NCBI GenBank assembly: GCA_963806225.1
Contig: CAWDXG010000004.1
Location: 1,184,001 to 1,248,000 of the forward strand
Source: an uncultured delta proteobacterium
GTDB taxonomy: Bacteria; Myxococcota_A; Polyangia; Polyangiales; Polyangiaceae
DNA length: 64,000 nt
Reading direction: 5' to 3'
Positions 11,210 through 24,126 of this stretch are shown in pieces. The notes under the pieces are model-generated. The model saw only the letters and a list, made by a program, of their open reading frames with translations. It did no database searches and was not told the DNA's origin. Numbering within the stretch: the first letter of the stretch is position 1; every line of letters begins with the position of its first letter. The position numbers and the translations under genes are program-made.

Positions 11210-13540
11210 AGCTCGGCGTCGCTCTCCCGTCCCTGGGCGAGCGCGGCGTCGCGCAGCCGTTCGAGCAGCGCGCGCAACCTCGGCTCGAGCTGTTTCTGTT
11301 CGGCCACGTCGGCGTCGTCGAGCCGAGCCGAGAGCAGGGCGAGCAGATCGTGATCGCGCCCCAGCCGCTCCAGCGCGGCGGCCAGCTGCATCACGACCTC
11401 GAGGTTGTCCGGATCGACGTGCAGAGCGCTGCGCAGGCGATCGACGCGCAGCTCGTCGGGCTCCTCGTCCGCGTCCGCCGTGACCCCCGGCACCTGCGAC
11501 TCCAGTTCCTCGTCACGCCCCTCCCCCGCCTCGCGTTCGTGCCGCGCACGCGCGGCAACGACGGCGGCGACCTCGCGATAGGCTTCCGCGACCTTGCGGT
11601 CGCGCGGCGCCAGGCGAAGGGCGATGGTGAGATGTCGCTCGGCGGCCAGCGCGTCGTGCTGCACGTCGCGCTCGAAACGCGCAGCTTCGAAGAGCCACTC
11701 CGCCCAGCCGGCGTCAGGCGGGCTCGAAAGCTCCACGGCCTGCCGGAGCCGCCCGAACGCCAGCGAGGCGCCACGGATATCGCCCAACTTCGAGCGCCAG
11801 CGCGCCTCGAGCAGCCGGGCCTCCAGCGCGCGCGGAGACGCGGCGGGTACCTCGCGCACCCGCGCAATCGCCTGCGGCAGATCGCCGATGTCGCCGGCCA
11901 GAAGCCGCGCCAGATCGACGAGTGCACCGGCTTCGGGCTGACCATGACGGTCGCCCAGCGCGATGGCTCGCTCGAACAGTGCGAACGCCCGCTCCCGGCG
12001 ACCGACATCCATCAGCGATCGGGCCAGTCCCGCCGTCGCTTCCGCGTCGTCCGGCAGGTAGCGCAGCGCTCGCTCGAAGAGCCGGCCGGCGTCGCGCACG
12101 AAACCGGCATCGAAGAGCGCCTGCGCCGTGCTCCGGCACAGCTCGTGGCGAGCGCGCGAACCGCGCGCGCCCGCCTCCAGGTGCTCCGCGTCGGCCAACG
12201 CACCTTCGACATCACCGTGTTCCAGACGCGCCGACAGCCGCGCCCAGCGCACCCGCGAAAGGCCAGGTGCGCGCGCCACGGCATGGTCCAGCGCTTCCAG
12301 CCTTTCCGCCGCGTCGCCGCCCACCTCCGACAGCCGCTGCCACATCAGGGCCGCGACCGGAGCGTAGGGTTCCGCGTCGGCCGCAGCCAGGATGGCGTCC
12401 CGGGCGGCGTCGCGATCGCCCAGTTCGGCGAGCAGCTCCGCGCCCACGATACCTGCACGGGTCGCAGGCATGGACTCGACGAGCATGCCGAGTGCCGCCT
12501 CGGCGCGCCCACCGATCGCCACGTCGATCCCGGCCACGAGCTGGGCCAGGCCGGGGTGCCGCGGCGCGCGCTCGAGCGCAGACACGTAGCCGGCGCGCGC
12601 GGCTTCGATATCCCCGCGAGCAAGGGCCTCGTCCGCCTCGCGCGTCAGTCCCGCCAGCTCCAGCGCGCGCACCGCGTCGTCCGTCAGCGCGGGCGGCGCG
12701 TACGTCGAGTCGAGCGTCACGGTCAGGCGATCGCCGTCGACCGAAAGCGCGCCGAATCGCACTCGCGCGGCGCTGGGCGCCCGGGCGCCGATCGCAGGCA
12801 GCACGGCGCGGCCAAGCTGCGCCCCCGCGCGCGGAAAGGTCAGTGCGCGCCCGGTGCGCTCGGCGCGGCCGCCCAGCGCCGCGTCGACCGCACGCAGCGC
12901 GAACCCGAGCGCGGGCGCGCCCAGACCGACCCCGCGCGCCCGGGCCAACACGAACCGGGCGTCATCCAGGGCGGGCGCCCAGAGCAGGTCGAAGGCCAGA
13001 GCACCCGCCTCGCCGACCAGCCCCACGCCCAGCCCCTGCGGAATGCTCCACACCGCCACGGGCGACTCGAGGCGCCCGAGCACCTCGCGCACGCGCGGCA
13101 GGAGCCAGCGCCCCAGCGCGTCCAGACCGACCGCGAGCTCCACATGCTCGAGATCGCCGCGCCGGTGGCGGAAGACCGGCACCCCCCCGGAAAGATCCAG
13201 CGGGAAGCTGAGACCGGGCAGCGTCAGCGACAGCGCCGCGACCTCGAGGGGCCCGACCTCGACCGGCTCGTAGAGCTCCATCCCGAGCGAGCCGCGGGCC
13301 ACCGTCAGCCGGAGCGGGCTATGCGGCTCGGCGGCGGGCTTTCGATCCGCCGCAGCGGGCGGCGCCGGAGAAGGGTCAGGACGCGCGGTCACCTGTCCGG
13401 ATCGTACCAGCCCGGGCCGCGCGGGGGGCAACTCCGCACCCGGAACGACCGGAGCAGCGCTGACAGGAACGCCCCGGGACGGCGCAGGGACGCCGTTTTC
13501 CGGGGCGAGGCGCCTGCCGGGTCCCCCCTCTCGAGGAGGC

Positions 13541-14161
13541 TCAGCTAGCCTCTTCCTTGTCGAGCTTCTTCTTCATCCGGCTCATCAACTCGTCGAAGCC
13601 CTTCTTCTTGATGATGCGCCGGAACTGGCTCCGGTAGTTGTTCACCAGGCTCGATCCCTCAGTCACGATGTCGTAGACCCGCCACTTGCCGTCGACCTTG
13701 TGGAGGACGTAGTCGATGCTGACCGGGTCTTCGCGCGCGTTCGTCCGGCTCTTGGCGACAGTCTTGACCAGGTAGCCTTCCTTGGCTTTCGCCTCGCCCT
13801 GGTAGTCGATCTTGTAGTCGAGTGTCTTGCGCAGGTTCTTGCGATAGGCGTTGCGGACCAGCCGCTCGAGGACGTTCTCGAAGTCCTTGCGCTCCGCATC
13901 GCTGCGCTTGTCCCAGTACTCGCCGAGCGACTGCTTCGCCAGCGAGTGATAGTCGAGCAGCTGGTCGAAGATGCTCTGGATCTTCTTTTCCGTCGCAGCG
14001 GACTTCGACTTCTTGAGCAGGGCGGTGAGCTCCACGTGCTTCTGCTTGACGAACGTCTGGGGGCTCGGTGCTGCCAGCGCGCGGGCCGGCAGGAGCAGCG
14101 CCACAAGCGAGAACAGGAGCGGGAGGACGAGTCGGGATCGAGTCATTTTCACGGCTTTCAT
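13541..14161 (-). CDS. mlaC: MlaC/Ttg2D-family periplasmic phospholipid-binding protein
   Basis: Signal peptide; SLGEYW...; WRVYDIVTEGSSLVNNYRSQF signature; start at 14161 or 14146. Confidence 0.85.
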   Translation of the reverse strand: MKAVKMTRSRLVLPLLFSLVALLLPARALAAPSPQTFVKQKHVELTALLKKSKSAATEKKIQSIFDQLLDYHSLAKQSLGEYWDKRSDAERKDFENVLERLVRNAYRKNLRKTLDYKIDYQGEAKAKEGYLVKTVAKSRTNAREDPVSIDYVLHKVDGKWRVYDIVTEGSSLVNNYRSQFRRIIKKKGFDELMSRMKKKLDKEEAS

Positions 14162-14183
14162 CTGGGGCACTATCTCGTTGTAC

Positions 14184-14198
14184 GCAACGCTGGTGCCA
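14184..14198 (-). promoter_or_regulatory. sigma54 (-24/-12) promoter
   Basis: Minus strand reads TGGCAC-CAGCG-TTGC, an exact TGGCAC-N5-TTGC match, about 25-40 nt upstream of the mlaC start. Confidence 0.75.
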
Positions 14199-14364
14199 GA
14201 ACTTCACACGCGTTCGGCAGAGCAGCCGCAAGTGGCTGGAATAACGGAGTATTCCGCCTCCGCACCAGACGCCGCCGTGCCGCGATCGCAGGTGACCGGC
14301 GACCTCCGACCGCGACAACTGTGACTGCCACCATGCACCTGGATGTTCACACGACGGCCGGATG

Positions 14365-15762
14365 TTAAACCGGCCCCGACCGCTGGGCCGGATCCGCACC
14401 TGGCTCCTCGCTGTCGCCGCGACCGGAAGCGACCGGCTCGGTGCCGTGCGCGCCGCCCTCCTCCACGAGCAGTCCCATGGCGACGCGGAACATCGCGCCA
14501 TGGCCTTCCTCGCTCTCCACCTCGATGGCGAAGCCATGCTCGTCCGCGATGCTCTTGACCACCGCCAGACCCACGCCCGTCCCCTGTGAGCGCGTGGTGA
14601 AGAAGGCGTCGAACAGCCTGGCCTTCGCCGGCTCGTCGATGCCGATGCCCTCGTCCTTGACGCGGAGCTCCACCCGCCCCGTGTCGTCCACCTCGAGCGT
14701 AACGAAAACCGAGTCGCCCGCGCTCGAGGCCTGCACCGCATTGCGCACGAGGTTCCAGATGAGCTGGCGCAACTGCGCACTGTCGGCGCGGATCGGCACG
14801 TGCTCCGGCGCCGTGCACACCACCTCGACGTCGGACACGCCTCGCCCGGAACGGCCGGTGAGCTCCACCACCTCGCGCAACACAGCGGCCGCATCCACCG
14901 AGGAGAAGACGGGCTTGCGGGGACGTGACAGGTCCATCATGTCGGTGACGAGGTCGTTGAGGCGTGCGGCCTCGCGCTCGACGATGCCGCAGAGCTGCCG
15001 GTCCTCGTCCGATAGACCGCTGCCGGTGCGGAGCAGCTGGATGGAACCCGCGATCGAACCGAGTGGATTGCGGATCTCGTGTGCCAGACCCGCCGCCAGC
15101 CGCCCCAGAGCCGCCATCCGTTCGGCCTGCTCCGCTCGCTCCTCCGCTTCAACCAGCTGTCCACCGGTCATGCGCAGCCGTTCGGCCAGGTAGCCCGCGA
15201 GGAGCATCACCACCACCATCACGAGCAGGTTGACGGCGAGATCGTAGGTCAGCTCGCTGCTCGAGACGCGGTACAGCGCCGCGGGCTGATCGGGCGGCGA
15301 AGGTAAGAGGCCTATCTGCAGCGCACCGACCAGCCCCACGTAGCAGAGGCCTCCACTGAACGCCGCGATGCCGGCTCCGCGCAGTCCCGTCAGGATGGCG
15401 CCCACCAGGCAGCTCAACCCGTAGAACGAGGTCGCGCCGCTCGACGCGCCCCCCGACAGGTAGACAATCGCAGTCCAGGTCAACTGATCGAGCACAAGCT
15501 GCGCATCCGCCAGGAACGCCAGGCGCCGGCCGGTCCTCAGCACCGCCGCGTAGACGCCGCCCAGCGCGAACGCGATGGCCAGCGTGCCCAGCGCGACGCG
15601 GATCGTGAACGAATCCAACCGGAACTGGCCACGGAGGTAGAACACCCCCACAAGCCCCAGGAGCAACGTCAAGAACAGGAGTCGCGCGCCCGTGAGCCAC
15701 GCCATCCGTCGCGGCAGCAGAGCCCCCGCAAGCCGAGGCGGAATGCCGAGGCGGAACGCCAT
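14365..15762 (-). CDS. pilS: PilS-family sensor histidine kinase
   Basis: About 6 TM segments; H-box LAHEIRNPL; N-box NLVRNA; G boxes DEGIGI, FFTT, GTGVGL; directly follows pilC. Confidence 0.85.
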   Translation of the reverse strand: MAFRLGIPPRLAGALLPRRMAWLTGARLLFLTLLLGLVGVFYLRGQFRLDSFTIRVALGTLAIAFALGGVYAAVLRTGRRLAFLADAQLVLDQLTWTAIVYLSGGASSGATSFYGLSCLVGAILTGLRGAGIAAFSGGLCYVGLVGALQIGLLPSPPDQPAALYRVSSSELTYDLAVNLLVMVVVMLLAGYLAERLRMTGGQLVEAEERAEQAERMAALGRLAAGLAHEIRNPLGSIAGSIQLLRTGSGLSDEDRQLCGIVEREAARLNDLVTDMMDLSRPRKPVFSSVDAAAVLREVVELTGRSGRGVSDVEVVCTAPEHVPIRADSAQLRQLIWNLVRNAVQASSAGDSVFVTLEVDDTGRVELRVKDEGIGIDEPAKARLFDAFFTTRSQGTGVGLAVVKSIADEHGFAIEVESEEGHGAMFRVAMGLLVEEGGAHGTEPVASGRGDSEEPGADPAQRSGPV

Positions 15763-15773
15763 CCGGCCCCGGG

Positions 15774-16986
<1,213 letters not shown>

Positions 16987-17097
16987 GCGGGGGATCTTGC
17001 CCTTTGTCGGATGCTGACTCGAAAGCATACCGGGGGCACTCCCGTCCGGTCAAAATGCACAGGGATTGCCGGGCGCCGGCCCGCTATAACAGGCGGG

Positions 17098-18234
17098 ATG
17101 CAGGCCGGCCCCGCACCCGAACCGGTACCCTGGCTGTCGCAACTGGCCCAGGAGCTCGTGGTCGGGCCGCGGGTGGCGCCGGCCGCGAGCCTCGCGGTGG
17201 CGCGCCACGGGCCGGGGGGCTGGGCGGTCGGCGTCGGGGCTGCCGGCCAACGCCCGGGGGAATCGGCGCGATCACGCCCGCCACGCCCTTCGACCTCGCC
17301 TCGGTGACCAAACCCTTCGTGGCCACGCTTCTGGCGCGCCTCGCCTCGCAGCAGGGGCCCGCGATGGACACGCCCCTGGGCGAGCTGCTCGACGAAGCCC
17401 GTGGAAGCGCGAGCAACGACGTCCCGCTCGAGCTGCTCCTCTCGCATCGGAGCGGACTGGAAGCCCACCGCCCGCTGTTCCAGGTGCTGATCGGCAGGCG
17501 CGGGGTGGACCGATCCGCACTGTTCGCCGAAGCCGCAGACGCGCGCCGGGGCGACTGCACCGGACCACCTCCTCCGGACGGGTTCGCTCCCGTGTACAGC
17601 GATCTCGGGCTACCTGTTGCTCGGCGAAGCGCTGGCGCGCGCGCACGCGACACCACTCGATCGGTTGGTGGAGCGTGAAATGCGTCGTGCCGCTTGGACT
17701 CGACGCGGCACCAAGCCGCGGTTGGCTCGGCCGTGACCCGACCTTTCCCGAGCGCGTCGCGCCGACCGAGCACGTGGCGTGGCGTGGCGGCGAGCTCGTC
17801 GGGGTGGTGCACGACGAGAACGCCTGGGCACTCGGAGGGCACGGGCTCTCGGGACACGCCGGGCTGTTCGCCACCGCCGGCTCCCTGGCGCGATTCGGAG
17901 CCGCCCTCTCGACGCGCTGGCAGGGCGCCGCTCCGAGATGGCTCGCCGCCGACGCTGCCGCCAGCTCGTCCGGGAGCGGCCGGGCGGCAGCATTGCGCGC
18001 CGGTTTCGACGGCTTGTCGCCCGAGGGCTCTTCCGCCGGCGGCATTTGCGGTCCGTCAACGTTCGGCCATCTGGGCTTCACGGGCACGAGCCTGTGGTGC
18101 GATCCGGACGCCGGGGCCGCGCGGTCGTCCTACTCACCAACCGCGTCAATCCCACCCGCGAACACACGGCGATCCGCGCCGCGCGCCCCCGCGTGCACGA
18201 TGCGCTGTTCACACTGGCGCGGAACGGCTGGTAG
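17098..18234 (+). CDS. serine hydrolase, beta-lactamase class C-like family (several frameshifts)
   Basis: FDLASVTK (SxxK), LLSHRSGL, YSDLG, VHDENA, GHAGLF, GHLGFTG, LLTNRV spread over frames. Confidence 0.85.
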
Positions 18235-18449
18235 GCGCCGTCGGCGAGCCCGCGCGGAGCGACTATTCGGGCCGCTGCACGGGGCGCCCGGCCCCGCGCC
18301 CGGGCGGAGCCTGACCCGGAAACCGCAGCATGCCTTGTCCGGGCATGTGGCTTCTACTAGAAAGTCTGGGAAATCCGTGACAAAACTGCCGTGATCCCGA
18401 GGCGCCCGTTGGCGTCAGCTGGGTTTCACGGCAGGATCGTCAAGGCCCG

Positions 18450-20034
18450 ATGTGGAAGCTAACCATCGAGGACGACCAGGGTAACAAGACGGTCGTCAAC
18501 CTCGTGCGTGACGAGTACTCCGTCGGCCGCGCGGAGGACAATACCGTTCGGCTGACCGAGCGGAACATCTCGCGCCACCACGCTCGCATCGCCAAGCGCG
18601 ACTCCAGGCTGGGCAGATCGAGGATCTGTCCAGCTACAACGGCTGCTTCGTCAACGGCATGCGGGTCGGCGAGCCCGCAGCACGCTCGAACACGGCGACC
18701 TGGTGCAGCTCGGCGACTACCGGCTGGAAGTCGTCGACGAGGCGGCGGCGCCAGCAGACGCTTCCCGACGTCGGAACCGGCAACCGCCCGTCGACCGTGC
18801 CGGGAGTGCCACGCGGCCACTCGCTGCTCGGCCAGCCCGACCGCCTGGTGATGCTGGTGGGACCGGCGCCTGGCAGCGAGTATCCGCTAGCCGGGCGAGC
18901 GGGTCGTCATCGGCAGCGGCGAAGAGTGCGATATCTCGATCAACCACAGCTCGGTGAGCCGGGTGCACGCCGAGATCCGCAACATCGGCAACGGCCGCTA
19001 CGAGCTGCTCGATCGCGAGCAGCGCCAACGGGCTGCGCATCAACGGCGTGGAGCTGCGAGCGCAGCCTGATCGACGCGCGCGACACCATCGAGCTCGGCG
19101 ACGTGGTGCTCAAGTACATTCCGGCGGGGCAGATCTACCGACCGGGCGCCGACGAGAGCCAGCAGATCGGTGCGGTCGCCGCCTTCATGCCCGAGCACTT
19201 CGCCTCCGACGCCCGGCATCGAAGCGCAGCCGCCGAAGGCGGGACTGTCTACCCGGCGTCAAGGCCGTCGCGGCGCTGGGAGGTCTGGGCGCGCTGGTGA
19301 TCCTCGGCATGGTCGATCGTCGGCACGACGCGCCATGCGCCGCAGGGCGCCGCGTCCGGCGCCGAGCAGGCGCAGCAGGCGCCCGACAGCGCGGCGAGCA
19401 CGCTGGCTGCCGCCAAGGCGCTGCTGGACAAGGGCCACATCGAGGACGCCCACGCCAAGGCCCTGACGATCCCCGAAGACAGCAACGCGCGACGAGTCGG
19501 CGGACTTCCAGCGAGATCGAAGCCCGCTGGGCCGACCTGCTGCTCGATCGCGCCAACCAGGAGATCGACGCGGCGAAGAAGCGCGCGTTGCTCGATCAGG
19601 TCGCGAGCACGACCAGCGTCGACTCGGTCCGCCGCAAGCGCGCCGCCAACGAGATAGCCCTTCTCGACAAGGCTGGCGAAGGCGTCGACGTCGACCAGCT
19701 GCCGAGCGCGCCGCATCCGAACGCGACCACGAAGCCCAAGCGCCACGGAAAAGGTCGCCTCTTCCGGAGACAGCGTGGCTCGTGCGCAAGAATCCGTTCG
19801 GTGCTCCACGCCGAAGAAGACGACGTCACTCCGTAGCGACCGCGCACAGCGACCGCGCCGCATACGGCCAGCGCGACGAACCGAAAGGCGCAACGAGCGG
19901 CGACCGCAGCCAGCAGACCGCGGTGAAGAACGCGCTCAAGGCGAAGGTCGACTCGGGCAAGGGCATCGGACCAGGACAAGCGCCTGCTCAGGGCCCTGTG
20001 CCGCCAGCTCGGCGACATGTCCTGCGTGAACTAG
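18450..20034 (+). CDS. double-FHA domain membrane protein (several frameshifts)
   Basis: FHA1 VGRAEDNTVRLTERNISRHHARI; second FHA (SVSRVHAEI...ANGLRING); TM segment; helical C-terminus ...LLRALCRQLGDMSCVN-stop. Confidence 0.8.
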
Positions 20035-20039
20035 ACGAG

Positions 20040-21575
20040 ATGGTCGCGCCCGAGCGCCCCGCTGTCGAAGGCGAGGCGGAAAACCAGGTCGACGGTGCAC
20101 GGCGAGGTGGTGCGCTCGCCGAAGACGCCGCTCCTGTCGCGCCCGGCGCTGGCTGCGGTCACCGTGCTGGTGCTCGCGGCGGTCGCCCACTTCGTCCCCG
20201 GGCCTCGCAGCGGGTGCGGCTGTTCGCTCGCCCGCCGGCCGAGCGCCGGTGCGTCCTCCCGTACCCAAGCCGGTGCTGACGGTCGGCGAAGCCACGCTGC
20301 AGACCGAGACCGCGCGAGCAGCCCGGGCATGGCGCAGCCCGAGAACATCGAGCTGCCAACGGGCAACCACGGGCCGATCGCGGAGCAAGCACGCCGACCT
20401 GCCGCCCATCGACGTGAAGAAGCCGCCGGTCGCCGATCATCGATCCGAGCGGCAAGGCGCTCGACGGCTTCTACGAGGCGCTCTACCGCACGGCGCAGAA
20501 GCAGCCGCACGCCATCACGCGCGTCATCCACTTCGGCGACTCGATCGTCACCAGCGACTACGTCTCGGGCACACTGCGTCGCAAGCTCCAGAAACAGTTC
20601 GGCGACGCCGGGCACGGCTTCATGCTGATGGCGAACGCGTGGCCCGCGTACTTCCACAACGACGTGTACCGCTTCGCCTCCACGCGGCTGGCTCGTCAGC
20701 CGCATCGTGGGGCCGCTCACGCCCGATGCCCTGTACGGCATCGGCGGCGTGTCGTTCCGCGCTCCGCCCGGCGCGCGCGCCCGCTTCGGCACCGCGAAGC
20801 ACGGTCACTTCGGCCGCAAGGTCTCCCGCTTCGAGATCGACTACCTCGAGCAGCCCGGCGGCGGCAAGCTGAAGATCAACCTCGACGGCAAGCCCTGGGG
20901 CGTGATCGACACCGAACGGCCCGGAGAAGAAGACGCGTCGAAAAGACCATCGACGTTCCCGACGGCGCGCACATGCTCGAGATCGTCACCCGCGGCGGCT
21001 TCATAGTCGCGCCTTCGGCGTGGTGATGGAGCGCGACGTGCCCGGGCGTGGTGCTCGACGCCATCGGCGTGCAGGGCGCGCGCGTCCGCTTCCTCGACAA
21101 GGTCGACGACGCGCAGTGGGCCGAGCAGCTCAAGTGGCGCAGCCCGAATCTGATGATCTACGAGTTCGGCGCCAACGAGAGCGGCGACAACTTCGCCTAC
21201 CCGATGAAGGACTACCACCGGACGCTGAAGGCGGTCCTCGAGCAGGGGCGCAAAGCGGTCCCCGAGGCGGGCTGTCTGGTGCTGGCCGCGATGGACCGCG
21301 CCGAGAAGAACGGCGACCGAGCTCCGGACCATGCCCGTCATCCCCGCCCTGGTGAAGGAGCAGAAGTCGGCCTCGGCCGAGGTCGGCTGCGCGTTCTGGA
21401 ACACGTACAAGGCGATGGGCGGCTACGGCTCGATGGCGAGCCTGGGTCCAGCGCGGCCTGGGCCAGGCCGATCTCACCCACCCCACCGGCAGCGGCTCGG
21501 AAGTGCTGGGCAGCTGGATCTACCGGGCGCTGATGCAGGGCTACCAGAAGTACCTGAAGCCGGAAGCACCCCTGA
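20040..21575 (+). CDS. SGNH/GDSL hydrolase family protein (several frameshifts)
   Basis: IHFGDS, LQKQFGDAGHGF, LDAIGVQGAR, EFGANES, DLTHPT; end approximate. Confidence 0.8.
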
Positions 21576-21616
21576 GACGGGTCGCCGAGCGCCTCCTTCC
21601 GTCGCCCGGAGGGGTG

Positions 21617-22951
21617 CTACGGCCCGCTTCCTGGCGCCGCCGACCTGGATACCCGCTCAGCAGTCCGGTCGACCATCTCCTTGCCGATGCGCCGATAGCC
21701 CGCCGGCATCAGGTGGATGTGATCGAGCGCGCCGAGCTGCGGCGACTCGTGCTCCCAGCGGCGATGGCTGCCCTGACCGCCCATCGCGTCGTACACGCTG
21801 AAGTAGCGCAGCCGTGCGCCGAGGCGATCTGCCGCTCGAGCTGATCCATGCTGGAGCACGCGCGGGCGCGTGCGGCCGTTGTCCTCGTCCCAGTCGGTAG
21901 GTCCGGCCATCAGGCAGTCCGCGTCCGGCTGCCGCCGCCTGCACACGCGCGAGCAGGCGGTCGAAGTACTGCCGGTTCTTCGCGATGGCGAGCGGATTGG
22001 CGACTTCGTTCGTGCCATAGGCAAGCACCACCAGCGCGGGCTTCCGCGCGTCGACTTCGGCTACCCACGCCGCCTTTTCCCAGGCCAGCGCGTGCGGCCG
22101 CGCGGGCACCGTTGATGCCGAGCGTGTCGACGACCACGCCAGGTTTCGAGCCTTCGATGGTGACGCCGAACAGCTGCGGCTCGCCTGATGCGGCGCCTCA
22201 GCTCGAGCTTGCCCGTCGGCGGGGCTGTCGAGCTCGAGCCGCCGGAGCGGCGAGCCCGCCGGGACAAGGCTGTGCCGCTGTCGGCTCCCACGCGGACCGG
22301 CTGCGAACCGGTCACGCGCACCGTGAAGTGCGCGTCGGGATGCGGCAGGCGGAAGAAGAGCGTCCAGTGCGCGCGCGCCGGCCACTGCTCCGGGTTCGAG
22401 CTCGACGCTCGCGCGCGCGTCGCCCGAAACCGGCTCCGTGCGGATACCGCCCAGGCCGAACACGCCGTCCGAATGCTGGATGCGAGGTCGCCGGATTCGG
22501 CGGCTCGTGGTGCCAGTCGCCCTTGGCGCTCGACCTTCACGCCGGCGTGCCGATAGGGATCCATGCCCAGCAGCACGAAGCCCGGGCCCGCCGCTGCCGA
22601 AACGCTTCTGCAGCGGACGGCGGACGGCGTTCGTCCAGAAGTCGGCGTAGGAATGCGAGTCGCCGAGCCACAGCATCGCGCACGGGCGCCTGCGTCGCTG
22701 CCGCTTCGCAGCTGCTGGAGCGCCGCATCCAGGTGCGGAAGCGGAAGCCCGGCGGCGACGCGGGCCCGGACGACGCCGATGCCGGCGGGGCGCTCGCCGA
22801 TGGCGCGCTGCGGCGGAGTGCCGCCGGCCGCTGTGCGCTCGGGCGCTTCGGCGTGCAGGCTTCCGTTGCCCGAGCAGGTCACCGCCACCACGGCGCTTGC
22901 AGCGGCGAGCAGCAACACAGCGGCGCGCTCGATGTCAGGAGAGCGGATCAA
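21617..22951 (-). CDS. SGNH/GDSL hydrolase family protein (several frameshifts)
   Basis: LWLGDSH, LQKRFGSGGPG, VDTLGINGAR, LAYGTNE, DHIHL; probable TTG start overlapping the upstream stop; end approximate. Confidence 0.8.
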
Positions 22952-24066
22952 GAACCTCCGCCTCCTCTGCTTCGTCCCGCGCGCGACGCTGCTCCACCCG
23001 GCGCTTGACGTAGGCGACCATCTCCTCGACGTAGGACTCGAACGGCGGGCACGACAGGCCGCTGCCTCTGCAGGATTTCCTCGGTATTGCGCGTGTCGTA
23101 CCGGACCGGGGTGGCGATCAGATCGAGGAACGCCCGCGGGCTTCGCGAGAGCAGGCTCACGCCCGGCGCGCTGCAGCAGCGCCTTGGTCACGTTGGTCGG
23201 GATGAATCCGCTCGGGAGCTTCTTTCCGCCGCTCCGCGCCACCAGCTCGAACACGCGGCGCACCGAGAGCGGCCTCGGGATCGGCCAGGTGGAAGGTGCG
23301 CCCCATGGCATCCGGCTGCATCCCGATGCGGTGTGCGGCACGCACGACGTAGTCGATCGGAACCAGGTGCATCGGCGCGTCGCCGCGCGTGGGCAGGAGC
23401 ACGGGGAACTCCTGCGGCGAGCTCACGATCAACAGGATCAGCAGGTAGGGCCCGTCGAGGCGGTCGACCTCGCCGGTGCGCGAATCGCCGACCATCTGCG
23501 TCGGGCGGACGACCGCGATCGGCAGCTCGCCCATCGCCGACCTGAGCAGCCGCTCGGCGCGCGCGAGCGTCTCCTCCACCGGCGTGCGGAAGACCTGGCC
23601 AGCGCTCAGTTCTTCTTCCAGCACGAGCCCAGTGCGGTTACCGCTGACCAGGGCGCTGGAGTGGACGACGATCGTCCTTGAGATCCCGGCAGGCACGCCC
23701 GAGCTCGATGATCTCGCGCGTCGCGCCGATGTTCACGCTTTCGGCCATGGCGCGATCGACGCCCGGGTAGGTGACCTGCGCGACGTGGTGGATGTGATCG
23801 ACGAGCGACGCCAGCTCGCGATACTCCTGCCCACTGAGGCCGAGATCCATCGACGCCGCGTCGCCCTCGATCGCCACGATGCGCTCGCGCTGCTCGCGCG
23901 GCAGATGATCCAGCGCTTCCTCGGCCTCGCGGGCGAACTTGGAGCGGACGACCACGTAGACCAGGGAACGCGGCTCGGCCTCGAGCAGATGCTCGACCAT
24001 CTTCCGGCCACGGAAGGTCGGAAAGCCCGTGACCAGGAACACCCGCTCGTAGCCGCGCCGGCTCAT
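22948..24066 (-). CDS. extended SDR / NAD-dependent epimerase (male-sterility/thioester-reductase-like) protein (frameshifts)
   Basis: FLVTGFPTFRG, EGDAASMDLGLS, VNIGATRE, VVRPTQMVGDSRTGE, HLVPIDYV, FHLADP. Confidence 0.85.
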
Positions 24067-24126
24067 CGCTCTACCCTAGCGCCCCTCGGGCGGATCCGCC
24101 GGCCCGGAGCGCCGAGCGCTTGTCCA

